Shown in pieces: positions 18,090 to 26,643 of a stretch of DNA of 64,000 nt. The position numbers were made by a program, and so were the translations under genes. Source of the DNA: Candidatus Berkelbacteria bacterium (lineage in GTDB: Bacteria; Patescibacteriota; UBA1384; JACPKC01); assembly GCA_016187225.1 (NCBI GenBank), contig JACPKC010000006.1:89051-153050 (forward strand). Reading direction: 5' to 3'. Below the pieces are notes generated by a model. It was not told the DNA's origin and did not search any database. It saw nothing but the letters and a program-made list of their open reading frames with translations. The first letter of the stretch is position 1. Every line of letters begins with the position of its first letter.

Positions 18090-19021
18090 TCTCCCTCTTT
18101 CGCTAGCCAGTCGTATGCGTCTGCTTCAAATGTAGCATAGTTGCGTACCCAATGAACGGCAGGATTGCGGCGCCACCAAGTAAGTTGACGACGCACATAA
18201 GCATGTAATCTACCTTGGAGTTGGGTGCGAAATTCCTCAAGCGCGATTACGCCTTCGACATGCTCAAGGGCAAGCTTATAGATTAAACCAAATTCCTGGA
18301 TTCGTACGCGTGGCACGCCCTGATCTAAAAATTTGCGCACTTCACTAAATAATTGACCCCGCGTCCACGCCTCAACCCGAGCGTCGTTACGACGATAAAG
18401 TTCCGCCCGAGGTCGATCAATCACATAGAGACGCGATTGAAATATTGGCCTCTGTTTCTTTTGATTTTTAAGAAAACTTTTCTTTTGAACTAGAGTATAG
18501 GCGAGGGCGCGTTCTATTCTGACTCGATTGCGTGGATCAATATGAGAAGCTGTTTCGGGGTCGATTTGGGAAAGTTTTTTTATAAGCTCAACGGTCGTAG
18601 AATGTTTAAATTCGACCGGCAATTCAGCCTGGGCTGGCAGGTGATAACCTGCCAAAACCGCTTCAACATAAAGCCCTGTGCCACCGACTAGGATTGGCAA
18701 GCGGCCAGCTCGCCAAAGTGTCGGCAAGAGATTATTCACGAACGTTTGAAATTTGCCGACGGCGTACATTTCATTGGGATCGGCTAAATCGAGGCCATAG
18801 TGTGGAACATTTTGAATATTGTAAACCGGACCGTGGGGTGAGTTAGTTTGAGAAGACTGATGGTCTTGTGTGATTTTTGCTGTCCCGATATTCAATCCTC
18901 GATAAACAGTTCGTGAATCGGCGGCGATAACAGAGCTTGGAATCTTTTGAGCGAACTTAAGCGCCCAATCAGACTTTCCGCTCGCCGTTGGCCCAACAAG
19001 AGCAAGAACAAGGGGTTTCAT
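18065..19021 (-). CDS. miaA: tRNA dimethylallyltransferase
   Basis: GPTASGKS, DSRTVYRGLNIGTAK, VGGTGLY, YVRRQLTW. Confidence 0.95.
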   Translation of the reverse strand: MKPLVLALVGPTASGKSDWALKFAQKIPSSVIAADSRTVYRGLNIGTAKITQDHQSSQTNSPHGPVYNIQNVPHYGLDLADPNEMYAVGKFQTFVNNLLPTLWRAGRLPILVGGTGLYVEAVLAGYHLPAQAELPVEFKHSTTVELIKKLSQIDPETASHIDPRNRVRIERALAYTLVQKKSFLKNQKKQRPIFQSRLYVIDRPRAELYRRNDARVEAWTRGQLFSEVRKFLDQGVPRVRIQEFGLIYKLALEHVEGVIALEEFRTQLQGRLHAYVRRQLTWWRRNPAVHWVRNYATFEADAYDWLAKEGECLQLLHP

Positions 19022-20002
19022 CTAAAATTCTACGAACGTGAGTTTGTTGTCGATCTGCAGGAGCGACCAAATTATTTTTGCTAATTTTTGAGAATCGTGT
19101 CTTAAGAGATTACCTTTCGCGGCGATTCGCGCCTGAACAAAACGACAAGAAAATTCTTTCGGATTAGCAAGCGTGAATCTGACTGGATCGGCGTGTTCAC
19201 GAGCATAGATCGCTTTGGTTTTTTTATCTAAACGCAGATTGCCGACAATTACATAGTCTAGAACACCTTTCCCGAGATATTTTTCAAGCGACCGCATGAA
19301 ATCCTCGACTGTATAGTTGTTGGTTTCACCGTACTTGGTCATCAAATTACAGATGTACACAATAGTTGCGCGCGAGTGCCTAATTGCCCGCGACATCCCG
19401 CTCACCAAAAGATTGGCGATCACGCTCCCATAGAGATCGCCGGGGCCAAGAATAATCATATCGGCACGATTGATTGCTTTTAGTGCCTTGGGGTTGATTT
19501 TGGCAGGAGAGTTTAAGAACAGACGTTTGATTTTTAGGTTCGGATCGTGTTTAGGGATATCAATATTTGTCTCGCCAATGATAATCTCTCCATTTTCTAA
19601 TTCTGCTTGAAGACGGCGATTTTCGAGCGTGACTGGGTAAACTTTCCCCTTGACTCGCAAGAGGCGAGCGGCTTCGCTGATCGCCTGTTCGTCTGAACCA
19701 GTGAGTTCCCGCAAAGCAGTGATAAAAAGATTGCCAAATGAATGGCCCGCAACGGCGCCTTTAATAAAACGATATTGGAAAAGTTCTTTCATCATTTCAG
19801 GCGACTCTGAAAGCGCAACGATACAGCGACGAACATCGCCGGGTGGCAGGATCCCAAATTCATCGCGCAATTCACCCGTACTGCCACCATCATCTGTCAT
19901 CGCCACAATCGCAGTTAAGTCTAGATCATACTCACGCATACCCTTCAGAAGAGTATAAAGACCCGTGCCGCCACCAATTGCAACTACACGTAAACGCCGC
20001 AT
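19022..20002 (-). CDS. YvcK/GlmR (CofD-like) family protein
   Basis: GGGTG, DDGGSTG, PPGDVR, GHSFGN, LRHD. Confidence 0.93.
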   Translation of the reverse strand: MRRLRVVAIGGGTGLYTLLKGMREYDLDLTAIVAMTDDGGSTGELRDEFGILPPGDVRRCIVALSESPEMMKELFQYRFIKGAVAGHSFGNLFITALRELTGSDEQAISEAARLLRVKGKVYPVTLENRRLQAELENGEIIIGETNIDIPKHDPNLKIKRLFLNSPAKINPKALKAINRADMIILGPGDLYGSVIANLLVSGMSRAIRHSRATIVYICNLMTKYGETNNYTVEDFMRSLEKYLGKGVLDYVIVGNLRLDKKTKAIYAREHADPVRFTLANPKEFSCRFVQARIAAKGNLLRHDSQKLAKIIWSLLQIDNKLTFVEF

Positions 20003-20015
20003 GTGGAATATATTA

Positions 20016-21347
20016 TCAGTTTTTCACTCGCGTGAAGCCTAAGTTTTTTAACTTTTTCTGGTACTCACCTATCGAATAGAGTGAGCCGGTGCAAACAATG
20101 GGTAAAAAATTTAGCGTGAGTGCGGCTTCGAGCGCTTGACTTGGGTTCGGTTTGGCAAGAGCTTTAAGCCTGAAATGAGAAAAAATCTGCATGAGCTTAT
20201 TTAACGCAAAGTGGCGACGTGTTGCAGTTTTAAACTCTGTTGCGACCCAATTGATAGTAATCGGCAGGAGTGCTTTCAGCATCCCTTCAACATCCTTGCC
20301 ACACGAAAAATTAATTATACAATTCACGTTCGTATCAGAAAATATTCCTTGAATTGAGACTGACAGGGCTTCCGTTTTCTGCGGATTATGCGCGCCGTCT
20401 AAAATTACAAAACGTCTATCTCTCTGCCAGATTTCAAACCGGCCGGGCAGGGTCGCCGTGTCAAGCACTTTACGAACGTGAGTTTTTTGTATTTTATCCT
20501 TCGAACGTTCGGAAATTAATTGCAAAGCAGAAAAGGCAAGGGCGAGATTTTCTCGCTGGTGATTACCCAAAAGATTGAAACGCAAATTTCCCCAAATCCC
20601 GTTTTGTGTTTGCAGTGAAAGCAAAGTGCCTTTTAAGGTTGGATGAAATTCCGGTACAATTTTGCGCGGGTCGATCGAAGTCACCAGTGCCCCAACCTGC
20701 CTTGCTCGCTCATGGATTGGCCCAAGAATTTCAGATGCTTGATCTAATACAATAACTCGACTGCCGCGCTGAATAATGCCGGCCTTTTGGGTAGTAATTT
20801 CAACTAGGGTTTTGCCTAATATCCGGGTGTGGTCTAGGCCGATCCGCGTAATCACAACAATTTTGTCGCCCTGCATTGCATTTGTCGCATCGTATAATCC
20901 TCCTAAACCGGTTTCGACGACTGCATATTGAACACCTTGGTTTTTAAAAGCGACCAGAGCAGTGGCAACTAAAATTTCGAAATAAGTTGCCCGAACCGAC
21001 GTCCTTAAAACCTTTTTGAGCGCGAGAATGAAGCGCTTTTTGCTGATTAGTTGACTATTAATTTGAACCCGTTCTCGAATATCAATGAGATGCGGCGAAA
21101 GTTGAAGTCCAACCTTAAAATGATGGGCGGAAAGAAATTGGCTGATGAGCGTTGCCGTCGAACCTTTGCCAGATGTGCCCGCCACATGAATTATTTGCAT
21201 CGAACGTTCTGGATTGCCAAGCGCTTTCAAAAGTTTTTTTGTTCGTTCTAGGCCAAGCGCGCCAGGAAAGCGTGTACTCCGACTATGCGGAACCAGGCGA
21301 TCTAAATATTCAACCGCTTCTTGAAATGTATTCGGGAAAAGTTGATG
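20016..21347 (-). CDS. folC: Folylpolyglutamate/dihydrofolate synthase
   Basis: HVAGTSGKGS, SPHL, ETGLGGLYDATN, DGAHN; frame open upstream of the track start; start codon uncertain. Confidence 0.9.
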   Translation of the reverse strand, partial: HQLFPNTFQEAVEYLDRLVPHSRSTRFPGALGLERTKKLLKALGNPERSMQIIHVAGTSGKGSTATLISQFLSAHHFKVGLQLSPHLIDIRERVQINSQLISKKRFILALKKVLRTSVRATYFEILVATALVAFKNQGVQYAVVETGLGGLYDATNAMQGDKIVVITRIGLDHTRILGKTLVEITTQKAGIIQRGSRVIVLDQASEILGPIHERARQVGALVTSIDPRKIVPEFHPTLKGTLLSLQTQNGIWGNLRFNLLGNHQRENLALAFSALQLISERSKDKIQKTHVRKVLDTATLPGRFEIWQRDRRFVILDGAHNPQKTEALSVSIQGIFSDTNVNCIINFSCGKDVEGMLKALLPITINWVATEFKTATRRHFALNKLMQIFSHFRLKALAKPNPSQALEAALTLNFLPIVCTGSLYSIGEYQKKLKNLGFTRVKN

Positions 21348-21387
21348 GGAAATAATTATACTCTGTGAAAAGTTTTGTCTTGGCGCT

Positions 21388-21681
21388 GTAATTATACACT
21401 TTGCGCGAACCTACTACGAACGGAAAACCGACTAAGGAAGCCAGCTCGCCGCCGCTCGCTAACACTCGCCGCCCAGCAAAAAAGTTTTCTCTGCGTTTCT
21501 GATTTCGCGCGCACCCGATTTTTTCTTCTAAAAGGAAAAGAAAACTTTTTTGCTGGCTTCTGCTCTCTCCGAGCAGGGCGGCGGGCTTGGCCTCTGTTTT
21601 TTGCAAGAACACGGCGGAATTCCCCCCACACCCCCCTTCCGCCGTGTTCTTGCGGGGACGGACGGAATTTTTGGCGGTGGC
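21388..21681 (+). repeat. Left terminal inverted repeat
   Basis: Starts GTAATTATACACTTTGCGCGAACC; inner ~120 bp is the exact reverse complement of the right copy. Confidence 0.95.
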
Positions 21682-22634
21682 TACTTTTCTAAATCTACTT
21701 CTTTATCTCCGAATTTCAAATTTTTCTTCGCAATCCACACAAATCCTTTTTCTGGTGTGATCACGGCAACATCAATTGAACCGCCGACGCCGGGCATATC
21801 ACCCGGGTCGCCTGCGATACCATCAGAAAATCTTTGAATGGCCGTAGTTGTTCCGATTGCCAAGGTGCTAAAATCAATGCCGTCCTGCAAAGTCATGGTA
21901 CCCCATTGGATGACGTATTCTAAACTCCTCAATTGTTTCTGAACTTCTTGCGAACCCATATCCGAAGCCATTTTTTGCATGACCGGCAAATTGCCAATTC
22001 GTCCATCAAAACCAAGAACGATTCTCGATACCACATCAATCTGACCTATCCAACTGGCACCATATTCTTGCCCTCGCTTTGTGCTATCTCTCTTGAGCTC
22101 AACATCGCCGGGAACATAAACCATCGCAACTTGGTGTGATTCATCCTGATTGTAACCAGCAACAATAAACTGCAACTGTTCTACACCAGCAACGCCTTCT
22201 TTTTGGATTCCTTTCGGGTCTTTGAATTTGAACTTAACATGACCCTTTTCTTCTTTGATCTCAATAATTTGACAGCCCTGTCGCTCCAAATCAGCTTTTA
22301 TTTGATTAGGAAGGATTTTTAACTGCTCTTTGTATTGATACTTTGTCTCAAAAAATTCTTTTATCTTTTGGGCGGTTTCAAGCATTGTTAATTTTTCGGT
22401 CTCGATACTTTTCTTAAACTCTTCGATAAACCTGCTTATGTTTTTCAAGACGCCATTTTCCGGCAAAAACGCAAGCCCCGCAACTATTAAACCTGCCCTA
22501 TCATTTATCTTGAAAACTTTTGACGCAGAATCGGAGCCGATTCTGCTCATACCTTTTTGATTTCGGTAGGACTGCCGACTATCAGCGGCTAAAACGATTC
22601 CTTCTGGTGTAGTTGTGTTGATTCCGAGACTCAT
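21681..22634 (-). CDS. Proteasome-beta-like Ntn-hydrolase
   Basis: (M)SLGINTTTPEGIVLAADSR, KVF, FIVAGY, VGGSIDVAVIT. Confidence 0.8.
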   Translation of the reverse strand: MSLGINTTTPEGIVLAADSRQSYRNQKGMSRIGSDSASKVFKINDRAGLIVAGLAFLPENGVLKNISRFIEEFKKSIETEKLTMLETAQKIKEFFETKYQYKEQLKILPNQIKADLERQGCQIIEIKEEKGHVKFKFKDPKGIQKEGVAGVEQLQFIVAGYNQDESHQVAMVYVPGDVELKRDSTKRGQEYGASWIGQIDVVSRIVLGFDGRIGNLPVMQKMASDMGSQEVQKQLRSLEYVIQWGTMTLQDGIDFSTLAIGTTTAIQRFSDGIAGDPGDMPGVGGSIDVAVITPEKGFVWIAKKNLKFGDKEVDLEK

Positions 22635-22640
22635 AGTATT

Positions 22641-23306
22641 TTATTTGTTAAGAAAATTGTTAATAATAAGTACCGCAATAATGGAATAAACAAGTGCGGT
22701 AAGGCTGTTTCCGATTATTGTGACATCCACCCAAGTCAATCCTGCGAGCAATAAAGCCCAGCTAAAGTTTCTAACAACTCCGGCGTCTTGAAATACCGTA
22801 TGCACAATGGCACCAATTCCTTTCGCTAATGCGTGTGTTGAAGTTTGACCAGATGACAGCGTGCCATTGAAATATCTGCCGATGGCCAAATTAACAGCTG
22901 TCTCAACAACAGTACGCAGATCATTTTCTATATTTGTGCCATCGGTTTTAAGCGCACCACCGTTGTAGCCAATGTTGTCAGATGTTGGCAACGATACGGT
23001 TACTCCGTTCATAAGTTCCGTCGGCTGTTTAAGCTGTTGTGGTGGTAACGATCCGGCCCGATACTGCATAGGGAAAAAGGAGACTCCTAAAAAATCCAGC
23101 GCCTTGTCAGTGAGCAGTATGGAACGCGTCTTTTGCGTTCCTTTCCGCAGATAACCGTGTCTTGTAAGTGCGGCGATGATTCCAAGGATAGATTTGTTGT
23201 CCGAAACACTAATCCCACTCACCATTTCGCGGAGAGTTGGAGAACTCCCGTATTTGAGCCGGTAGCCACTGATGTATTGGAGTAATTTCTTCTGATTATC
23301 TGTCAT
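22641..23306 (-). CDS. LexA-type winged-HTH protein with two C-terminal TM helices
   Basis: TDNQKKLLQYI...SPTLREM...LTRHGYL; no S24 peptidase domain. Confidence 0.8.
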   Translation of the reverse strand: MTDNQKKLLQYISGYRLKYGSSPTLREMVSGISVSDNKSILGIIAALTRHGYLRKGTQKTRSILLTDKALDFLGVSFFPMQYRAGSLPPQQLKQPTELMNGVTVSLPTSDNIGYNGGALKTDGTNIENDLRTVVETAVNLAIGRYFNGTLSSGQTSTHALAKGIGAIVHTVFQDAGVVRNFSWALLLAGLTWVDVTIIGNSLTALVYSIIAVLIINNFLNK

Positions 23307-23314
23307 ATAAAACC

Positions 23315-23342
23315 ATTATACTCCACCAAATGGTGGAGTCAA
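23315..23342 (-). promoter_or_regulatory. Promoter with palindromic operator
   Basis: TTGACT-16 bp-TATAAT; ACTCCACCA-NN-TGGTGGAGT (23320-23339) spans the spacer. Confidence 0.8.
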
Positions 23343-23371
23343 GTGATTTTCGCGGCCTATCCTGTGGATAA

Positions 23372-24199
23372 TTAGTAACCGAGAGCTAACTGGTCGAGCA
23401 TATCTGGCCCTTTTTCCTTGCCTACTTCTTGGTAAATACTTAAAACTTCCTCGTATGTACCCTTACCGCCAACCATGTCCCAAAATTCCTTTCCGACCAA
23501 AACCTCGTTTTCCAAATCCATGTAATTAAGAATGAAACTATGACGATACGTTGATTTTTCGATACCATAGGGATTGTATGCGGTAGCATAAAACGCTTTT
23601 GTCTTTCCGTACTTCGCGTGAGTGATTGCATGAATTTGCAAAAGTCGTCCCGTTGCTTCCAAGCATTGGCCCTTGTTCGGCTTAGGACTTTTGATTTCGA
23701 AAAACCACTCCTCGCCGGATTTTGTCTCAATGTATAAATCAGCAATGCTTACGCGCTCAACGCCCGCAACAGTTTTACTTAAATCAACAACTTCTTTTAC
23801 TAAATCGGGATATTTCGATTTCATCCCACCGCTTCCGATCCTGTTCGTTATATCTTCAATACGCTTAATTGCTTTTGCCGTAACAACACCTCGAACGCGA
23901 TATCCGCGTTCAGCGTTTTTGTGAACAGATTTTGCTACAAGACGCGCACACTCTTCAAAGGTCGTTCCGAGCTTCGTGGAAAAGGAGCGTTCAAATTCGC
24001 TTACTCGCAAAATTCCGTCCGGCAAAAGCGATTCGTGAAATGGTTTGAGATCTCCGGCTTTCGATTCGTTGCGCAACGGACGCAATTGCTTAGGGTCGAA
24101 ACCATTTTGCTTGGCTTCATCAACCATCCCTTGGATAAATCCTTCAAGATAGCCCTTGATTGTGTTTCTGACTTCTTTGGTAATCATATTCTTTGCCAA
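23372..24199 (-). CDS. Type II restriction endonuclease (TdeIII-like, PD-(D/E)xK)
   Basis: FERSFSTKLG, ADLYI...FEIKSPKPNKGQ, YNPYG, GKEFW; adjacent MTase. Confidence 0.85.
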   Translation of the reverse strand: MAKNMITKEVRNTIKGYLEGFIQGMVDEAKQNGFDPKQLRPLRNESKAGDLKPFHESLLPDGILRVSEFERSFSTKLGTTFEECARLVAKSVHKNAERGYRVRGVVTAKAIKRIEDITNRIGSGGMKSKYPDLVKEVVDLSKTVAGVERVSIADLYIETKSGEEWFFEIKSPKPNKGQCLEATGRLLQIHAITHAKYGKTKAFYATAYNPYGIEKSTYRHSFILNYMDLENEVLVGKEFWDMVGGKGTYEEVLSIYQEVGKEKGPDMLDQLALGY

Positions 24200-25377
24200 A
24201 TTAAAATGCTTTCGTAAAATGCACCTTCGCGTCTTCCAGTTCGGCGGTTCACATGACGCTCAACACGTCCAATTTCCTTAAATCCCGCGTCTTCTGCTTT
24301 GTAAAGTCCGTATTTGTCGTTTACAACAATGAGAGCCAAACCTTTTGGGGCCATATATTTACGAGTATGGAGCAAAACGTCATTTATGCCTTTGATATAG
24401 CCCTGTTTTGCTTGCTGGGACTGTCCATTTTTTGCAGGCCCGATTTCTTTCGTCTCGTTATTTTTTAGACCAAGTAATTCGTAAGCGTATTTATGCTGTT
24501 CGTGGTAATCAATTAAACCAATGTAGGGGGGAGAAGTAAAAACCATATCAATGCCCTTCGGTAGCTCAACCTCGCGCGAATCCGCATGGTTTACAACTAC
24601 TTTTGCTTTTGTCTTAATTTTAGAAAATTCTTTAACGCGATCTAGAGTATCAATAGTGTAGCGCGATAAGAATTTATATGCTTCTTCAACTGGTTGGCAA
24701 GTTCGTTGGTGTTTATAGCATTGATACGGTTTTATCTGCGGCTCTTTGGGAAAATCTAAGTCATAGTGTGTAACGAGCCGAGCAGAACGCGCCGAACGAG
24801 ATAAAACAATTCTTAGTAAATCTTGGTAAGTATAATCCTTAATCAATCGCGAATAACATAAAAGCTCTTTTTGCGTGTTCGGCGCAAACCATTTTTGTAT
24901 ATATTCGTTTTTGGTCGAAAACAACTTATTTACCTTCTCGTCTTTGGAAAATTTACTTTTGTAAGTATCAAGGCGTTTCAAAATATCGTAAATTTCTTTT
25001 TCAAGAAGCGGAACATCATAATCGGCAGTTTTAACTTTTGAAAGTAAAACATTAAAAATAGATATGTCGGTGCCGACCGAATCTATGCCGAGAGCATTTG
25101 CCTCAACCAAAGTCGTTCCGCTTCCCGCGAACGGATCATAAACAAGGGTTGGTTTATATTTCCGCAAAAATATCTCTACAAGTTGTGGAATGAATTTACC
25201 GAGATAAGGATGTAAGCGATGAACATGCTTTGTTCTCTGATATTCCGGCAAATCGCTCTCGCGCCAATTCAAATTTAATGTTTCAAGGGCGGTTTCCGGT
25301 TTTACACTCGCAAAATCGGTCAGCGGTTGCTGATTATATTGCTTTGCTATTTTTTGTGCGATTGTGTTGTCGTACAT
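24184..25377 (-). CDS. DNA amino-methyltransferase (likely N4-cytosine)
   Basis: HPYLGKF; motif I DPFAGSGTT precedes motif IV TSPPY. Confidence 0.92.
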   Translation of the reverse strand: MYDNTIAQKIAKQYNQQPLTDFASVKPETALETLNLNWRESDLPEYQRTKHVHRLHPYLGKFIPQLVEIFLRKYKPTLVYDPFAGSGTTLVEANALGIDSVGTDISIFNVLLSKVKTADYDVPLLEKEIYDILKRLDTYKSKFSKDEKVNKLFSTKNEYIQKWFAPNTQKELLCYSRLIKDYTYQDLLRIVLSRSARSARLVTHYDLDFPKEPQIKPYQCYKHQRTCQPVEEAYKFLSRYTIDTLDRVKEFSKIKTKAKVVVNHADSREVELPKGIDMVFTSPPYIGLIDYHEQHKYAYELLGLKNNETKEIGPAKNGQSQQAKQGYIKGINDVLLHTRKYMAPKGLALIVVNDKYGLYKAEDAGFKEIGRVERHVNRRTGRREGAFYESILIWQRI

Positions 25378-25381
25378 AGTT

Positions 25382-25582
25382 TTATTTTTTCAAAAGATCA
25401 TCAACAGACACATCAAGGGCTTTCGCAATCCTTTGGATTGTCTCAATAGTCGGGTTGGGGCTTTCATCCAACTCTATCTTAACAACCGTATTGAGCGACA
25501 AATCAGCAAGTTTTGAGAGCTTATCTTGCGAAAGCCCCTTGTCTTGTCTAAATCGTTTTATGTTCTTGCCTATTGTGGACAT
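25382..25582 (-). CDS. XRE-HTH regulator (RM controller-like)
   Basis: IGKNIKRFRQDKGLSQDKLS...NPTIET; TATAAT 5 nt before the ATG; CCATACA direct repeats upstream. Confidence 0.9.
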   Translation of the reverse strand: MSTIGKNIKRFRQDKGLSQDKLSKLADLSLNTVVKIELDESPNPTIETIQRIAKALDVSVDDLLKK

Positions 25583-25722
25583 AGTAGATTATAATGTATG
25601 GAAAGTGATATAATACTTGTATGGCTTGCATATCAATAATATCAACTTTCCATTCTTTTAACAAATTAGGGAGTTCCTTTACCTTTTCCGCGCAGGGAGG
25701 GAGGGGCAAGGAAAAGAATAAT

Positions 25723-26009
25723 GCCACCGCCAAAAATTCCGTCCGTCCCCGCAAGAACACGGCGGAAGGGGGGTGTGGGGGGAATTCCGCCGTGTTCTTG
25801 CAAAAAACAGAGGCCAAGCCCGCCGCCCTGCTCGGAGAGAGCCGAACCCAGCAAAAAAGTTTTCCTTTCCTTTTAGAAGAAAAAATCCGGCGCGCGCAAA
25901 AGAAAAGCAGAGAAAACTTTTTTGCTGGCTGGCGAGCGTCAGCGAGCGGCGGCGGAGCGAATCAGTTGCCGTTTCGTTCAAAAAAGGTTCGCGCAAAGTG
26001 TATAATTAC
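25723..26009 (-). repeat. Right terminal inverted repeat
   Basis: Ends GGTTCGCGCAAAGTGTATAATTAC. Confidence 0.95.
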
Positions 26010-26012
26010 TAC

Positions 26013-26098
26013 TGGTGCCCGGGAGAGGACTCGAACCTCCACGCCCAGAGGGCACATGGTCCTAAGCCATGCCTGTCTGCCAGTTCCAGCACCCGGGC
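26013..26098 (-). tRNA. tRNA-Leu(TAG)
   Basis: CATGG-CTTAGGA-CCATG; long variable arm; CCA. Confidence 0.95.
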
Positions 26099-26145
26099 AG
26101 GTGAGCTACTTTAACAGATTTTACCTTGGTTTTCTAGAGCCAATC

Positions 26146-26643
26146 CTAGGGTGCGGTAATGAGTGGTTCGAGTTGAGCATAGGTTTTATCGCCAATGCCC
26201 TTCACTTCGAGGAGCTCCTCGATTGCTTGGAAACCATTATTGGCTTGGCGGTAATCGATAATCGCTTGGGCCTTACTTGGTCCGATGCCAGGCAGAGTAT
26301 CCAGCTCTTCAACAGAAGCAGTGTTAAGATTGATTTTACCGTTAGTTGCCATGGGAGCAGTTTTAGAATCTTCTTCTGGTTCGAATTCAGTTCTCACGCC
26401 CTTAACAACCGGCTTGGCTTGCCCTTCTTTTAATTGATTCAATTCTGCTTGAATGCCGTTATTCTCTTCATGTAATGATTCGAGCGCTTGTAAGATTTCG
26501 GGATTCAATTCAGCAGTTTGAGGTTTTGTGGCGACATTCCGCTCCCAATAGGCAATCGCAAAACTACTCGACGCTAATGCCAAAAATAGAAAAAAGAGCG
26601 GCCAACGATACTCACGAATCCATTCAATCAGCTGATTTTTCAC
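26146..26643 (-). CDS. comEA: Competence DNA-binding protein ComEA
   Basis: TM plus [23 protein letters not shown] helix-hairpin-helix. Confidence 0.93.
   Translation of the reverse strand: MKNQLIEWIREYRWPLFFLFLALASSSFAIAYWERNVATKPQTAELNPEILQALESLHEENNGIQAELNQLKEGQAKPVVKGVRTEFEPEEDSKTAPMATNGKINLNTASVEELDTLPGIGPSKAQAIIDYRQANNGFQAIEELLEVKGIGDKTYAQLEPLITAP

Larger units (their letters stand above)
21388..26009. mobile_element. Non-autonomous TIR-bounded cassette at the tRNA-Leu 3' end
   Basis: ~290-bp inverted repeats at both ends; AT-richer defence cargo; 3 nt from tRNA CCA; no transposase or integrase. Confidence 0.85.

Noticed and set aside
21310-21837. Several 80-105-aa ORFs, mirrored at 25548-26433
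   Set aside because: They are translations of the TIR in multiple frames and of the tRNA antisense strand; not credible proteins.
25986-26013. TIR end GCGCAAAG-TGTATA-ATTAC resembles a Xer dif site
   Set aside because: Only the central hexamer and part of the XerC arm match and the XerD arm does not; kept as a hint only.
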